DNA of 64,000 bases from the sequence record MN453779.2; one strand, 5' to 3'. Positions 8,962 through 19,666 of the stretch are shown here, one piece after another; within the stretch, counting starts at the first letter, position 1, and each line of letters begins with the position of its first letter. Under the pieces are notes generated by a model. The model worked only from the letters and a program-made list of their open reading frames with translations. It did not search any database and was not told the origin of the DNA. Made by a program: the position numbers and the translations under genes.

Positions 8962-11550
8962 ATGAAAGATTTAAATATAGTCAATATCGACTATACGGGA
9001 TCCAATTCGGCTTATCGTAAAGAAGATCTCGTCGATACTTCTACTCTTTCCGGATTTTGGATAGTACCAGAGGAAGCGCCTTTTTATACTGATTCTCTTC
9101 GTATCTTAAATGGTGGAACATTTCTAACCAAAGGTGACGATTATGAACCAGTAGAACCAGTAACCGATTTAACTGAGCTAACTGGTAAAAGCGTTTCCCT
9201 ATATATCGAATTAAAACCACATTTAGTAAACAACAAACACAACTTAGTTGTTATCTACCAGAAAGTAGGAAGTCCTGTCATTAGTCGGAAAGTCTTATTA
9301 AAACTTTTCGAAGATATGGGGGTTTCTGGCGGGATTGTAGATTTCAATAAGAATGTAGTAAATGTTCCTGACACTGTACCTAGTGCTCATCACTTGATGG
9401 ATATGTCAAGTTCTGAGGAGATGATTGGTTTCGGTGGTCTAGTTGAACTCTTTAAACATTTTACTGCTGATGAACGTAGTAAATACTCGGCTGTTGATGG
9501 TTTATTGGAACAAACACAACAAGACATTTTTACCCAATTAAATCTACAACATAAAGTACGCAAAGATCAACTCTTTGCTCATATTCAAAATTACCTTAAT
9601 CCACACGGTTTAAAGCCAAGTGATGTCGAACTAGGTAATTTGAGTAACTTTAGTACTGCTCATCCTCAACAGGATTTGGATGGTGAACGTAGTGATCTTT
9701 ACTCCACCCCTTATGGTTTACGTAGAGTAATTGAGGAAACTGAACCAGATACTGATCCTTGGGTACTTCAAAACGAACTCCCGATGAGTTTCTACGGAAC
9801 AGGTATTTACTTACCACCTCCTATTTTCTCTGGCGTGGTGGAATCTACCACCGAATATCAGAATGGTGTTTTTGTTAAAGAAGCTAACGGTTGGATCATT
9901 GGATTAGTAAAACGAGTTTACGGCGGCGCTCGTGGACTTTATTACATCTACAATGATAAACTTATTAATCGTTATAACAAAGATAAGTTTAGACATTCCA
10001 ATGAGAAATACACTCACTCTCACTTTACTACAGTTGGTTTAACTCCTGATGCAGTGTTATCTGGTTCTGGTGATGAATTCCTTATTGCACTTGATAGTAT
10101 TGCTAAACGCGGATTCATTACTTACAGCCAATCTAGTTTAGATCCTAGAAAACACAAGTATAAAGAGATTGATTTTACTTTAATCAGGAACGCAACAGGA
10201 GCAGAAGACTTTATTGCTAATTCTCATTTTGCTAAAATTGGTGATTACATTTATTTGTTTGTAAATACTAATCAAGTAAGTGAAGAACAAGCTTTAGGTA
10301 ACTATGTTCCAGCTGGAACTGGTGAAGATGATCGTAGTCGTAACTGGACAACTAAGGTCTTTAGATTCCCTGTTAGCGAAGTAAGCTCTGCTAGTAGTTC
10401 TATTGTTCCTACTCTAGTAACTTTGAACTATGACAACGTTGATCGTGTCAGACGCACTAACCAGAATCGTTTTAACTTGTGTAATCATGTTAAAGGCGAT
10501 GGAACTGAGTTACTTTCCTCATTAGTTAACTATAGTGGACCAGTTACTAATTCAGTATTGGGTAAACGACGTTCTTATTTCATCGTAGAGAACCCCAATA
10601 ACAAAACCCAAGCAAGGGTAAGAATACTTGCCCCGCATTTTTGCAATACGGGGCAAGGTGGGAAGTACTTTGTTATTGTTGTTGATTACCTATTTGATAC
10701 TGTCACCAACACATTGACGTTAGATCCTAATTGGGTTAAACCAACTCTGGATGTCGTTAATAACACGTTTACTAATCTCAATGAGCAACAGTATTTAAAA
10801 GAGATAGCTCTGGGGTCTCTAGAAAGTTTCTGTTTGAACGGGGATGAAATGACTAATAGTTGGGTGGTCGGTTTTGGTCCGATTACCGTAACGTCATCCC
10901 AGGGCATTAGAGATCGCATGAAGAAAATCATAGACAATGCGATTAATGCTTGTTGGCCTAACTCTATTTTTGAACCTAAGTTAGATCTGGATGTAGTTCC
11001 GCCTTTATCTGTCGTGTACTTACAAAGTAATCATTGGGATAATCATCTTCGTGATTACGAGTCCATGGGATTGCCAGTAAATCAGTTAAACGATATTGAT
11101 GACCTTAATAGTTTCAGTGAAGTTATGGTTGTAGATAAAACTGATGAAGGAATTCCTATTCCAAGCTACCCTTGGGTACTTAGAGTAGGGACAGATATGG
11201 AAGTGGTGTTTAATGGAATCTCTGTAAAAGCAAAACAGACCACGTTTAACTTAAGTGGAATAGCGACCGTTTATAAGAACACTGTTTTCTATTTATACTG
11301 TATGTTAAATGGTTCAACCGCAACTTATGAGATTACTAAACATCCAAGATTCACTAGTGGGACACAACTACTAGTAGCTAAAGTCGCTACCAATGAAACC
11401 GGTATCAGTAACATTGAACGTTACAGTCCAATTGCTATCTCCGGATTCCCGATTACTCGAGTACGTGAAACAGGTATTCCTGCTACTGAAGGATTATTAA
11501 GTGTCCCAGGTGAATACCAGTTCCTAAAAGCGTCAGAACTTATTAGCTAA
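8962..11550 (+). CDS. tail/baseplate fibre-family protein
   Basis: HIQNYLNPHGLKPSDVELGNLSNF motif; C-terminus paralogous to 7625..8899. Confidence 0.65.
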   Translation: MKDLNIVNIDYTGSNSAYRKEDLVDTSTLSGFWIVPEEAPFYTDSLRILNGGTFLTKGDDYEPVEPVTDLTELTGKSVSLYIELKPHLVNNKHNLVVIYQKVGSPVISRKVLLKLFEDMGVSGGIVDFNKNVVNVPDTVPSAHHLMDMSSSEEMIGFGGLVELFKHFTADERSKYSAVDGLLEQTQQDIFTQLNLQHKVRKDQLFAHIQNYLNPHGLKPSDVELGNLSNFSTAHPQQDLDGERSDLYSTPYGLRRVIEETEPDTDPWVLQNELPMSFYGTGIYLPPPIFSGVVESTTEYQNGVFVKEANGWIIGLVKRVYGGARGLYYIYNDKLINRYNKDKFRHSNEKYTHSHFTTVGLTPDAVLSGSGDEFLIALDSIAKRGFITYSQSSLDPRKHKYKEIDFTLIRNATGAEDFIANSHFAKIGDYIYLFVNTNQVSEEQALGNYVPAGTGEDDRSRNWTTKVFRFPVSEVSSASSSIVPTLVTLNYDNVDRVRRTNQNRFNLCNHVKGDGTELLSSLVNYSGPVTNSVLGKRRSYFIVENPNNKTQARVRILAPHFCNTGQGGKYFVIVVDYLFDTVTNTLTLDPNWVKPTLDVVNNTFTNLNEQQYLKEIALGSLESFCLNGDEMTNSWVVGFGPITVTSSQGIRDRMKKIIDNAINACWPNSIFEPKLDLDVVPPLSVVYLQSNHWDNHLRDYESMGLPVNQLNDIDDLNSFSEVMVVDKTDEGIPIPSYPWVLRVGTDMEVVFNGISVKAKQTTFNLSGIATVYKNTVFYLYCMLNGSTATYEITKHPRFTSGTQLLVAKVATNETGISNIERYSPIAISGFPITRVRETGIPATEGLLSVPGEYQFLKASELIS

Positions 11551-11608
11551 TTGTAAATAACGAAAGGGGAGGTAATACTTCCCTTCTTCTTTAAAGGAGT
11601 TGGTCTTT

Positions 11609-14600
11609 ATGTATGTTAATAAGGTCAGACCTCTACCGATATTGGAAGATAAGAAAGATCCACTAGGTGGGTTGCTTAACTCTTTCATTAAAGTAGAACG
11701 AGAACGTGATAAGTTACAAGGTGATCCAGCTGGACAACTAAAACAGATCGCTGATTTTAAAACCAGAATGCAAAGCAAAGTCAATAGCTTTAGCAATGAT
11801 CTAAATAGTTTAATCTTAGGTCATAGTGAAGCTAAAGGCGCCCTGCACGGTGAAACTAAAAAGACAGTTGGTTTAGGTAATAAAGATAACTTTGCTATGG
11901 GTACAATCGATGATCATATTTCTGGTCTTCGAAAGGATCTATTTTGTAATCCAGAAGGTTTGAGTTATCTCGTTAAAGATCGTGTAACTATCGATCCTAA
12001 TAGTTATCTTCCAGCTAAAGCCATTCCAATTGCTTCTGGTGGGATCTTTGGTGAAGTTCCCCAGATTACCTACCATATTAACAGAAATGATACAGAACAG
12101 AGTTCTGCTAATCCTGTTAATTACATTGGCGAGTCTAACTGGGAGTTTTGTACTCCAGCCGGAATGTTCATTTATCCAATGATGAACAACTCTCCTATTG
12201 TGGGTGTGTTTTCAGACGCTAGTAGTGAGACTGCTAAAACGGTTCAAACTCCTTGGGGTGGAACTAAGGTAAGATACTACGAAAGAGGTATCGTGCCAAG
12301 ACGCACCAGACCTGTCACAATGACTTCCAATAAGTTAGCTGGACAAGGTGGTGGAGAAATGCTCAGAAGCGCTGAGGCGTTGTTTGAGCGCTCTACAGTA
12401 CACTACCTGGAAGGTGGAGTACAAAAGGTACGAGCATTAAATAGAAATCATCTACCTTTTGATGTGTTTGATACCGAAGAAACAAATAACAAAGCCTTTG
12501 GTGGTGTTTTTGCTTCTAGAGAAAACATGTTGTATCACATTCTGGTAGACATGGATTTTGGCGAGCTACTACCTATTGATCAACAACCGATGCTTGATTA
12601 CATTGCTAACCAAGTTTGGCCTCGGTCCTCCCAGTATCCGTTTGATGAAAATAATCGCTCTAGATTTGACTTTATTGTTAATAGGGACTTGCCTCCTATC
12701 CCGGATGATCCTTATAGCGGTCCAATTAGACGTTTCTTTGATAAAGCACTGAACTTCACTTATCCGAAAGATCCAGTAAAACGGCATCGTAATAAGTTCA
12801 TGGAATATATCGACCGTGGCTTAAATGCAATGTGGCCTGTTAGTAGAACTTCGATCTATAGTAGAGAGGAGTTAGAACTAGTTGATATGGTAATTAACAA
12901 GTTCTGGCCCGGACCACGGTCTGAGAGTCAAGTTGAAGGTGAGATCATCATCAAACTGGACTTTGTTGTCAGATCAATGTTGGAACGTGATTATCCATTA
13001 TCTACTAAGAGTACGGATGGTGATGAGTTAATCTACAAAACCAATAAGAAGTTTGGTCAACAGTTCTTAGTTCCAGCTCACGGTAAGATTACTTCTAAGC
13101 TAAGAGATACCGGTACATTAGGTTTGGATATCAAACTTAAAGATATCATTGAACACGATGTTCAAGGATACGGTAAACTTATCAGACATATCGACAAGAC
13201 ACGTTGTCAACTGGTCTCTTTTGCTTGGCGTAACCGACTGGAAGGTAAAGCTACTGTTAGATTAAGTATTGGTTGGTACACTGTTAACAAGAGTAACTTT
13301 GTTCATGCTTATCTTGATTTGGATCTACATTTTGATGATAATGCAGGAACTTTTACTTCCACAGTGAACGTAGAAACAAGTGACAGTTGGAACCGTGTTA
13401 AACAGGAACTCAATGACAATCTGGAAGTAGTTACTGAAGGTTTGTTCAAGATGTACCCAGGAGACGTGAAAGAGCAACCCACTCACCCAGCGGTGATTGG
13501 TGGAGTGTTCGAAACACAAGGTGGTCATATGAAGTCTTATAGCTTCTATAACCGTCAGTACATTGGCTACTACCGTCATGGTGTGAAATCTACCCTTGAG
13601 TTTATCAATCAAGAAAATAACCTCATTCCAACACCTACCGAATACAGTTACAACATTCAGTCCGTGATCAACGGTGATATGTTCTACGGGGATCATTTAC
13701 GTCATATTCCGGTTAAAGTAGATACCGTTAATAAAACAGTTCTGTATCTTACCCAAACCAGGGATTGGAAGAACAACTACCGTTGGGCTTTTGTAAACGT
13801 AGAATCAGAAACGCCTGTAGTTCAACCCAACGGTTATGTTGGACCTATGCGGTTAAGTCGCAAATGGGTAGAAGATCGTAAAGCTTACGTTCCCAGTATG
13901 TTAATTGAGAACGATGAAACAAGTGCTACGATGAACATCTCCCCAGTGGTATTTAACAACTGGAATAACTTTACTGGTTATACCAATTACTCTCTTGATG
14001 AGAACTCTGATCGTCACCCAATTACTGGTGTGAACGAAGTTCAGTTGAGTGTGGAAATTACTAACTGGATTAAGAACCACGTTGTAGACTGGAAGAGTAG
14101 TTATAAACAGTACTTCTTACTGCAAGGTAATTTGTATTGGATTGTACAAACTCTTGATAGTAAAGAGATGTTATCCGATGGAACAGATTGCTACTACGGC
14201 GTTATTAAGAGCTGTAGTATTCAAACTACCCAGGAGAACATTAGAACTGTAATTGCTAACAACTCTATTGCTAGTTCTATCACAGTGAGTAAAACCAATG
14301 TCAACACCAAAGCCAGTTTAGATATTGATACTGGTTCAGTGTTTGGTTTTGATCAATTGGCCGGGTTAGATGTCTACGCTTTGAAAGTATTTGATGATGC
14401 AAGGGAAACCAAGTATGAAGTCATGCTTAACGTTGCACCATTTAACAACTTCTACGTAGAAATGAGAATTGTGATCAATAAGCAAACTGGTGAAGTAACA
14501 TTCAAACCTAAATACGATGCTGTTGATCCTATATTCCCTTACAGTACGGCAATTGGTTATCAGATTGACTATGATTCATTGAACAAGTATGGAAGTAAGA

Positions 14601-15130
14601 TTCCCCATCGTGTTCATGTTAACTATCAATCGCCAGTGATGTTGAAAAAAGGCTTATTTAGTTTTAGAAAGACACCTAATAACTATGGTTTCTTTACTAA
14701 GTCTGACGGATTTGTGGTGATTAATGGTCGTGTCATGGATAAGGTCCAAAGTGTACCTCTTTATCCCATAGGTTCTGCGATCACTATTGACGGGGAAACT
14801 TTAATCGTTAAGCAACCGATTGATATGTTAATCAGTGAATTCCAGAGTAATGATGAACTGTTTGTAACCAGAGATGGAAATAATCAGTTTGTTGTTTATG
14901 GTAGATATAACCATAAAGGTTATAACATAGAACCAGATCACACTTGCGTACCTGTAGGGTTTATTAGTGATGGTAAATTTACTTATCACGATCCTAACAG
15001 TTATCGCAATTCACTGTTCCCTGCTATTAGATGGAAACGTCTAAATATAGGTAATGCTGGTAACTCCTTCCCGGCGTTCTACGGTAAACCAGGCGAGAGT
15101 ACACCGAAGAATCTTTTCTTTAAGAAATAA
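11609..15130 (+). CDS. large tail/baseplate fibre-family protein
   Basis: HSEAKGALHGETKKTVGLGNKDNF motif; ATG at 11609 fits AAGGAG RBS better than TTG 11600. Confidence 0.65.
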   Translation: MYVNKVRPLPILEDKKDPLGGLLNSFIKVERERDKLQGDPAGQLKQIADFKTRMQSKVNSFSNDLNSLILGHSEAKGALHGETKKTVGLGNKDNFAMGTIDDHISGLRKDLFCNPEGLSYLVKDRVTIDPNSYLPAKAIPIASGGIFGEVPQITYHINRNDTEQSSANPVNYIGESNWEFCTPAGMFIYPMMNNSPIVGVFSDASSETAKTVQTPWGGTKVRYYERGIVPRRTRPVTMTSNKLAGQGGGEMLRSAEALFERSTVHYLEGGVQKVRALNRNHLPFDVFDTEETNNKAFGGVFASRENMLYHILVDMDFGELLPIDQQPMLDYIANQVWPRSSQYPFDENNRSRFDFIVNRDLPPIPDDPYSGPIRRFFDKALNFTYPKDPVKRHRNKFMEYIDRGLNAMWPVSRTSIYSREELELVDMVINKFWPGPRSESQVEGEIIIKLDFVVRSMLERDYPLSTKSTDGDELIYKTNKKFGQQFLVPAHGKITSKLRDTGTLGLDIKLKDIIEHDVQGYGKLIRHIDKTRCQLVSFAWRNRLEGKATVRLSIGWYTVNKSNFVHAYLDLDLHFDDNAGTFTSTVNVETSDSWNRVKQELNDNLEVVTEGLFKMYPGDVKEQPTHPAVIGGVFETQGGHMKSYSFYNRQYIGYYRHGVKSTLEFINQENNLIPTPTEYSYNIQSVINGDMFYGDHLRHIPVKVDTVNKTVLYLTQTRDWKNNYRWAFVNVESETPVVQPNGYVGPMRLSRKWVEDRKAYVPSMLIENDETSATMNISPVVFNNWNNFTGYTNYSLDENSDRHPITGVNEVQLSVEITNWIKNHVVDWKSSYKQYFLLQGNLYWIVQTLDSKEMLSDGTDCYYGVIKSCSIQTTQENIRTVIANNSIASSITVSKTNVNTKASLDIDTGSVFGFDQLAGLDVYALKVFDDARETKYEVMLNVAPFNNFYVEMRIVINKQTGEVTFKPKYDAVDPIFPYSTAIGYQIDYDSLNKYGSKIPHRVHVNYQSPVMLKKGLFSFRKTPNNYGFFTKSDGFVVINGRVMDKVQSVPLYPIGSAITIDGETLIVKQPIDMLISEFQSNDELFVTRDGNNQFVVYGRYNHKGYNIEPDHTCVPVGFISDGKFTYHDPNSYRNSLFPAIRWKRLNIGNAGNSFPAFYGKPGESTPKNLFFKK

Positions 15131-15136
15131 CTAATA

Positions 15137-15170
15137 AACTCTCTACTCCCAATTAAGGGAGTAGAGAGTT
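15137..15170. terminator. 14-bp stem hairpin between convergent genes
   Basis: aactctctactccc-aattaa-gggagtagagagtt. Confidence 0.75.
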
Positions 15171-15180
15171 ACTTTTATGT

Positions 15181-16143
15181 TTAATGCGCTATACTTGTGT
15201 CGTTACCGTCACCTTGTTCTCTGTGAACGTGTTTGAGCAGACTAATGTCACCAGCAGAAACGTCACCACTGGATTTCATGTCACCAGCGGAACTAATACC
15301 CGCTGTGTTAGTGAGTGTTCCTGATTGAGTCATATTCCCTTCATGGTCTATATCACCCACTAGTTTAATAGTTGGGGATTTAATAGTCGCTGAATCTGTC
15401 GCTGACATATCGAATGTTTCACATGCTGCTGTGATGCGTTTGGCTTTCAAACCAATATGTTCTTTACCGTGAAATAGAATCTCATCTTCACAAGAAGCGA
15501 TGATCTTTTTCTTATCAATAGCAAAGGTAGATTTTTCTTGATTTGAAAACGACCAGAAATGCTTCATAGAGTTTAGAATGAACATGTTCTGTTCACCATC
15601 TACTAAACTAAACCCACCTTGACCAGTATCAAGTGTAATAGCGTAGTTGGTTGGTTCCCCATTTCCCATACCGGTTAGTAATTGAATCTTTTTAGTATGA
15701 GAAGAAATTAAGAAGATGTAATAGTTATCTGGGGTTAGAGGAGCATCTTCTTTAATATTAGGAGTGGCCGAGAAAGCATAAATGACTGTCTCCAGACGAA
15801 GTGTACCGTCCATCCCGAAGTACATCCACCTGTAGGTTGATTGACCTTTAAACTTGTATACAACTACTTTACTACCCTTTCTGACATCAGGAGCAGTTAC
15901 CCTATTTGTATTAAACGGTAACCACTTCATCATTACTGCGTTAGAACTTAATCCAGAACTGGAGGTAGTATCACCTGTCGGGGATTGTATTGTTACATCT
16001 TTCTTTTCTGCGGTAGCGACTACCTCGCCATCAGCTTCTGGATATAGAGAAGGAAGATATACCAATACTTCATCAGTGTCAGTAACTTTATCCTCCGCTA
16101 CTGTAGCGACGCCATAACACTCTAATACATTCATAACGAACAT
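15181..16143 (-). CDS. baseplate central spike / puncturing needle (gpV-like)
   Basis: N-terminal OB-like region, beta-strand repeats, C-terminal SLLKHVHREQGDG HxH metal-binding apex. Confidence 0.8.
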   Translation of the reverse strand: MFVMNVLECYGVATVAEDKVTDTDEVLVYLPSLYPEADGEVVATAEKKDVTIQSPTGDTTSSSGLSSNAVMMKWLPFNTNRVTAPDVRKGSKVVVYKFKGQSTYRWMYFGMDGTLRLETVIYAFSATPNIKEDAPLTPDNYYIFLISSHTKKIQLLTGMGNGEPTNYAITLDTGQGGFSLVDGEQNMFILNSMKHFWSFSNQEKSTFAIDKKKIIASCEDEILFHGKEHIGLKAKRITAACETFDMSATDSATIKSPTIKLVGDIDHEGNMTQSGTLTNTAGISSAGDMKSSGDVSAGDISLLKHVHREQGDGNDTSIAH

Positions 16144-16158
16144 CCTTAAGAGGAATCT

Positions 16159-18642
16159 ATGATAACTGGTTTGATTTTGAAAAACTATTCTCCTCTTTAT
16201 AAAAAGGGAGTTAAGTATATTGAGCTTGATACCAAAGAAATCTTTAATATTATCTTAGGTAGAAATGGCTTTGGTAAAACCTCATTACTTCAAGAGCTTT
16301 CCCCTCTTCCACCTGATAACGGAAGTTATGAACAAGGTGGTTATAAGGAAGTTAGAATAGTTAATGAAAACGGAACTTATATCCTCAAATCATCAACTGG
16401 TAAATCTAGCCAACACGAATTTATTCACAATGGTAAGAACCTTAACGAAGGTAACACACTATTGGTGCAAAAGGAGTTAGTGAAGATTCACTTCAAGCTA
16501 ACTAACAATATCAAGAACATCTTAAGTGGTTTGGATGTAAGGGATCTCTTTACTACTTTAAGTACTGCTAGACGTAAAGACTTTTTGATGTCGATCAATC
16601 CTAACGATACAAGTTATGCATTGAAGATATTTGAGAAACTTAAGTCCAACTTAAGTACTATCAAAGGCGGGTTGAAAACACAGCGTCAACGTTTAGTATC
16701 TGAGGAATCAAGAGCTAAACAATTAGCTTCCCTTTCTCCAGAAGAGTTGCAAAAAGAAATTAGTTTGATGGATAATCAAATTAAGAATGCACTGTTAATC
16801 CACGGAATGTTTTCTAATGTTGAATTTGAACAATACGGTGACTTGAAAAATCAGATTGGCAACATTATATCTAGATTAATGAGTAATGATGTTAGAATCA
16901 AATTCCCTAAGAGCATTTATCAAGAACAGTTAGATTTTCGTTATAAGGAACTCGACCGTTCTGAAAAGATGAATCTAAAGTTAACTACTGTACTGGCCGA
17001 AGTTACTACTCAGTTACAGGGTTTAGATTCTTCTACTCAAAGTTTAGACGGTTATAAATCTAGACTGGAAATGATCGAGACTAGTTTGGAGTTGTTTACT
17101 CAAGAAATCGATAATGTTCAAAGCTACTTTGTTACTCACGAGCTCTTTAGTGATAATCGGCTTTATAAGAACGATGTAGTTTATCGTTACTGTAATGAAT
17201 TGATTGATCAGCTACAACAAGTTAGTCGTGCTAGGGATTTGGATATCACTAGCCAAGCGTTTGCTAAAGCTCAACAAGATTTAGTACATGCCACTAATGA
17301 GAAGAGTAACATTGATAGGGAGATAAGTTCTATTAATCACTCTATCGATCACTTTAACAAAGCTGAATCTGTAGAATGTCCAGACTGTAATAGCAAATTC
17401 AAATTAGGATTTGAGAAGTTTAACATTAAAGAACTGGAAGTTAAGCGTAATGACTTAGTAAGAGTAAAGGAGAACCTTGTAGAACGCATCCAGAAGCTCT
17501 CAGATTACATTGAAGCTAACGAAGACTGGTATTCGTCTATGCAAGGGTTCCATCGCTTCCTACGTCGATTGGAAAGCTCTGAGGTAATCTATCAAATTGT
17601 TGATTATTACCAAGTTGGTAAGAAAGACCTCACTAGTTTGATTGAATTGCTAAGAAGGACTATACGTTATAACGATCTGGTTAAACAAATTGACTTGTTA
17701 GAGAAAGAACGGGTTCAAGTAAAAGCTCAAATTAACTTCTTGGAAAGTTCTGATATCAACGCACTATTTCAAAGAGCTGAAGATGTAGAACGAGAGTTGG
17801 CAATTACTCAACGTTCTATCGGTAGATTGAAAGTCGAGATTAAAGAACATCTGGAGTTAATTGATATTATTAATGGGGATGAACAACTAAGAGATCAGTT
17901 ACACATTCTGGTAGAAGAGTTAAAAGAGAAAGTTGAGAATAACGGTAAGTATAAGGTAAAGCAGAAGGTAGAACAACTTATCTCTGATTTAACCCCTCGT
18001 AAAGATCAACTTATCAGTAACTTAATTCGTGCAGAATCTTTGAATTCCGTTATTCAATCTATAGCGGATAATATCAAAGAGCTAGAGAAACGAGAGAAAC
18101 ACACTTTACTGCTGATGGACGGACTATCACCTGTTAAAGGACTGATTGGGTATTTGATGAATGATTTCTTGGTTGCCGTAATTGCTAATATGAACGCGGT
18201 AATTCAGCCTATTTGGAGTAATCGTTTACAGATACTGAATTGTTCGACTAGTAAGTCTGATGACGATGTTGATCTTAGCTACATTTTCCCGGCGGTAACT
18301 GGTGATAACAACACTCCCATCAAAGACGTGGGCGATTGTTCCGGCGGTGAGCGGGAGATGGTTAACCTTGCGTTCCGTTGGGTTATTCTCCAGTATCTTG
18401 GTAAAAACTGCGGGATGCCTTTGATAATGGATGAAGTGGGTGTAGCTCTAGATGAACTGCATAGAGGGAGGTTCTGCTCTTGGGTTGCTGAACAATACAG
18501 ACTGGATAAAATCAATCAATCTTTCTTAGTAAGTCATTATGTTAATCAATTTGGTATGTTCACAAATGCTAACGTAATCGCGCTAAACATAGAAGGTTTA
18601 AACATTCCCGTCAAGGTAAATAGTAAAGCAATAATTAAATAA
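16159..18642 (+). CDS. SbcC/Rad50-like SMC ATPase
   Basis: Walker A GRNGFGKT, coiled coils, CPDC zinc hook, SGGERE signature, LIMDE Walker B. Confidence 0.9.
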   Translation: MITGLILKNYSPLYKKGVKYIELDTKEIFNIILGRNGFGKTSLLQELSPLPPDNGSYEQGGYKEVRIVNENGTYILKSSTGKSSQHEFIHNGKNLNEGNTLLVQKELVKIHFKLTNNIKNILSGLDVRDLFTTLSTARRKDFLMSINPNDTSYALKIFEKLKSNLSTIKGGLKTQRQRLVSEESRAKQLASLSPEELQKEISLMDNQIKNALLIHGMFSNVEFEQYGDLKNQIGNIISRLMSNDVRIKFPKSIYQEQLDFRYKELDRSEKMNLKLTTVLAEVTTQLQGLDSSTQSLDGYKSRLEMIETSLELFTQEIDNVQSYFVTHELFSDNRLYKNDVVYRYCNELIDQLQQVSRARDLDITSQAFAKAQQDLVHATNEKSNIDREISSINHSIDHFNKAESVECPDCNSKFKLGFEKFNIKELEVKRNDLVRVKENLVERIQKLSDYIEANEDWYSSMQGFHRFLRRLESSEVIYQIVDYYQVGKKDLTSLIELLRRTIRYNDLVKQIDLLEKERVQVKAQINFLESSDINALFQRAEDVERELAITQRSIGRLKVEIKEHLELIDIINGDEQLRDQLHILVEELKEKVENNGKYKVKQKVEQLISDLTPRKDQLISNLIRAESLNSVIQSIADNIKELEKREKHTLLLMDGLSPVKGLIGYLMNDFLVAVIANMNAVIQPIWSNRLQILNCSTSKSDDDVDLSYIFPAVTGDNNTPIKDVGDCSGGEREMVNLAFRWVILQYLGKNCGMPLIMDEVGVALDELHRGRFCSWVAEQYRLDKINQSFLVSHYVNQFGMFTNANVIALNIEGLNIPVKVNSKAIIK

Positions 18643-18674
18643 ATACAGTTAGTTTAATATGTTATGTAACTGTC

Positions 18675-18705
18675 TCCGGTAAATACCAGTGAGGTATTTA
18701 CCGGG
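18675..18705. terminator. 12-bp stem hairpin after SbcC
   Basis: ccggtaaatacc-agtga-ggtatttaccgg. Confidence 0.7.
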
Positions 18706-18730
18706 ATTTAATTGTCATTTTAACCAGTCT

Positions 18731-18752
18731 ATAATTTTTCAAACAGATATTA
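18731..18752 (+). promoter_or_regulatory. putative early promoter
   Basis: ATAATTT-ttcaaaca-GATATTA; recurs 10 times with fixed 8-nt spacing; resembles phiKZ early TATATTAC. Confidence 0.65.
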
Positions 18753-18830
18753 TTATCATGTTACACACTAGGAGTGTTACTCTAAGTCACTGAAACAAAC
18801 TGTATAACCAAACTTAAGGAAATGATCGAA

Positions 18831-19598
18831 ATGAAGACTTTAACCCTAATGCTCGTTCTCTTGTTGACGAGCATGACAGTGAACGCCTCACAGTCGACCA
18901 CCACCCGTAAGTATAGCGAACACAGTAAAACCGTTATGCTAGAGCGCTTTGACCAGATCAAAGGCGATCTGTACCACGCATCCGTTACTGCCGGAATTTC
19001 AATGGCAGAACTCACAGCTCTTGGAAGTCTAGAATCTAAACTAAGAGTGAAAGCTAAGAATCCACACAGCACCGCAGCAGGTGTTCTCCAGTACACTAGT
19101 GGTACTTGGAAGAGTAAGAAGAAACTCTACGGTAAAGAGCTAGGAATTAAACCTAATGCACATCAGTACGATGTAAAGGCTAATCTACTGATCGGTGCCA
19201 GAGATATGCAAGAAACCAAGAAAACCATTATCGAGAAAACTCACTTGACCAATGAGACCATACGACTTGGTGATCTATATATTCTTCACTTCGTCGGGGA
19301 GAATGGTGGACTTAAACTAATTAACTCCTACTCGCATAAACCGATTAATCAGATCATCAAACTCCATAAGGGTAACAGCCGTTACTATTACAAACCCAAC
19401 GGTCAGATCCGCACAGCAAGGGAGTTCCGTCTGTTCATGGATACTATTGCTCAAGCCGAGCTCAAGGTTTATGAACAACGTATTGTAAAATACCAGATGA
19501 AACAGTTTTTCCGTGATATCAAGCAGATTGTGACTGATTTCAATCCGATAGTTGAAATTGCTAAACTGAGTAGATATCAGGAACGACCACTAGGTTAA
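18831..19598 (+). CDS. lytic transglycosylase (SLT) with signal peptide
   Basis: LGSLES catalytic Glu, STAAGVLQYTSGTW, LYILHFVGENG; signal MKTLTLMLVLLLTSMTVNA. Confidence 0.8.
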   Translation: MKTLTLMLVLLLTSMTVNASQSTTTRKYSEHSKTVMLERFDQIKGDLYHASVTAGISMAELTALGSLESKLRVKAKNPHSTAAGVLQYTSGTWKSKKKLYGKELGIKPNAHQYDVKANLLIGARDMQETKKTIIEKTHLTNETIRLGDLYILHFVGENGGLKLINSYSHKPINQIIKLHKGNSRYYYKPNGQIRTAREFRLFMDTIAQAELKVYEQRIVKYQMKQFFRDIKQIVTDFNPIVEIAKLSRYQERPLG

Positions 19599-19666
19599 AA
19601 CAATACGACGACCTTGATGTTCTGAACAAGATATAATAATTTTCATTTTTATAAGGTATTATTGCT

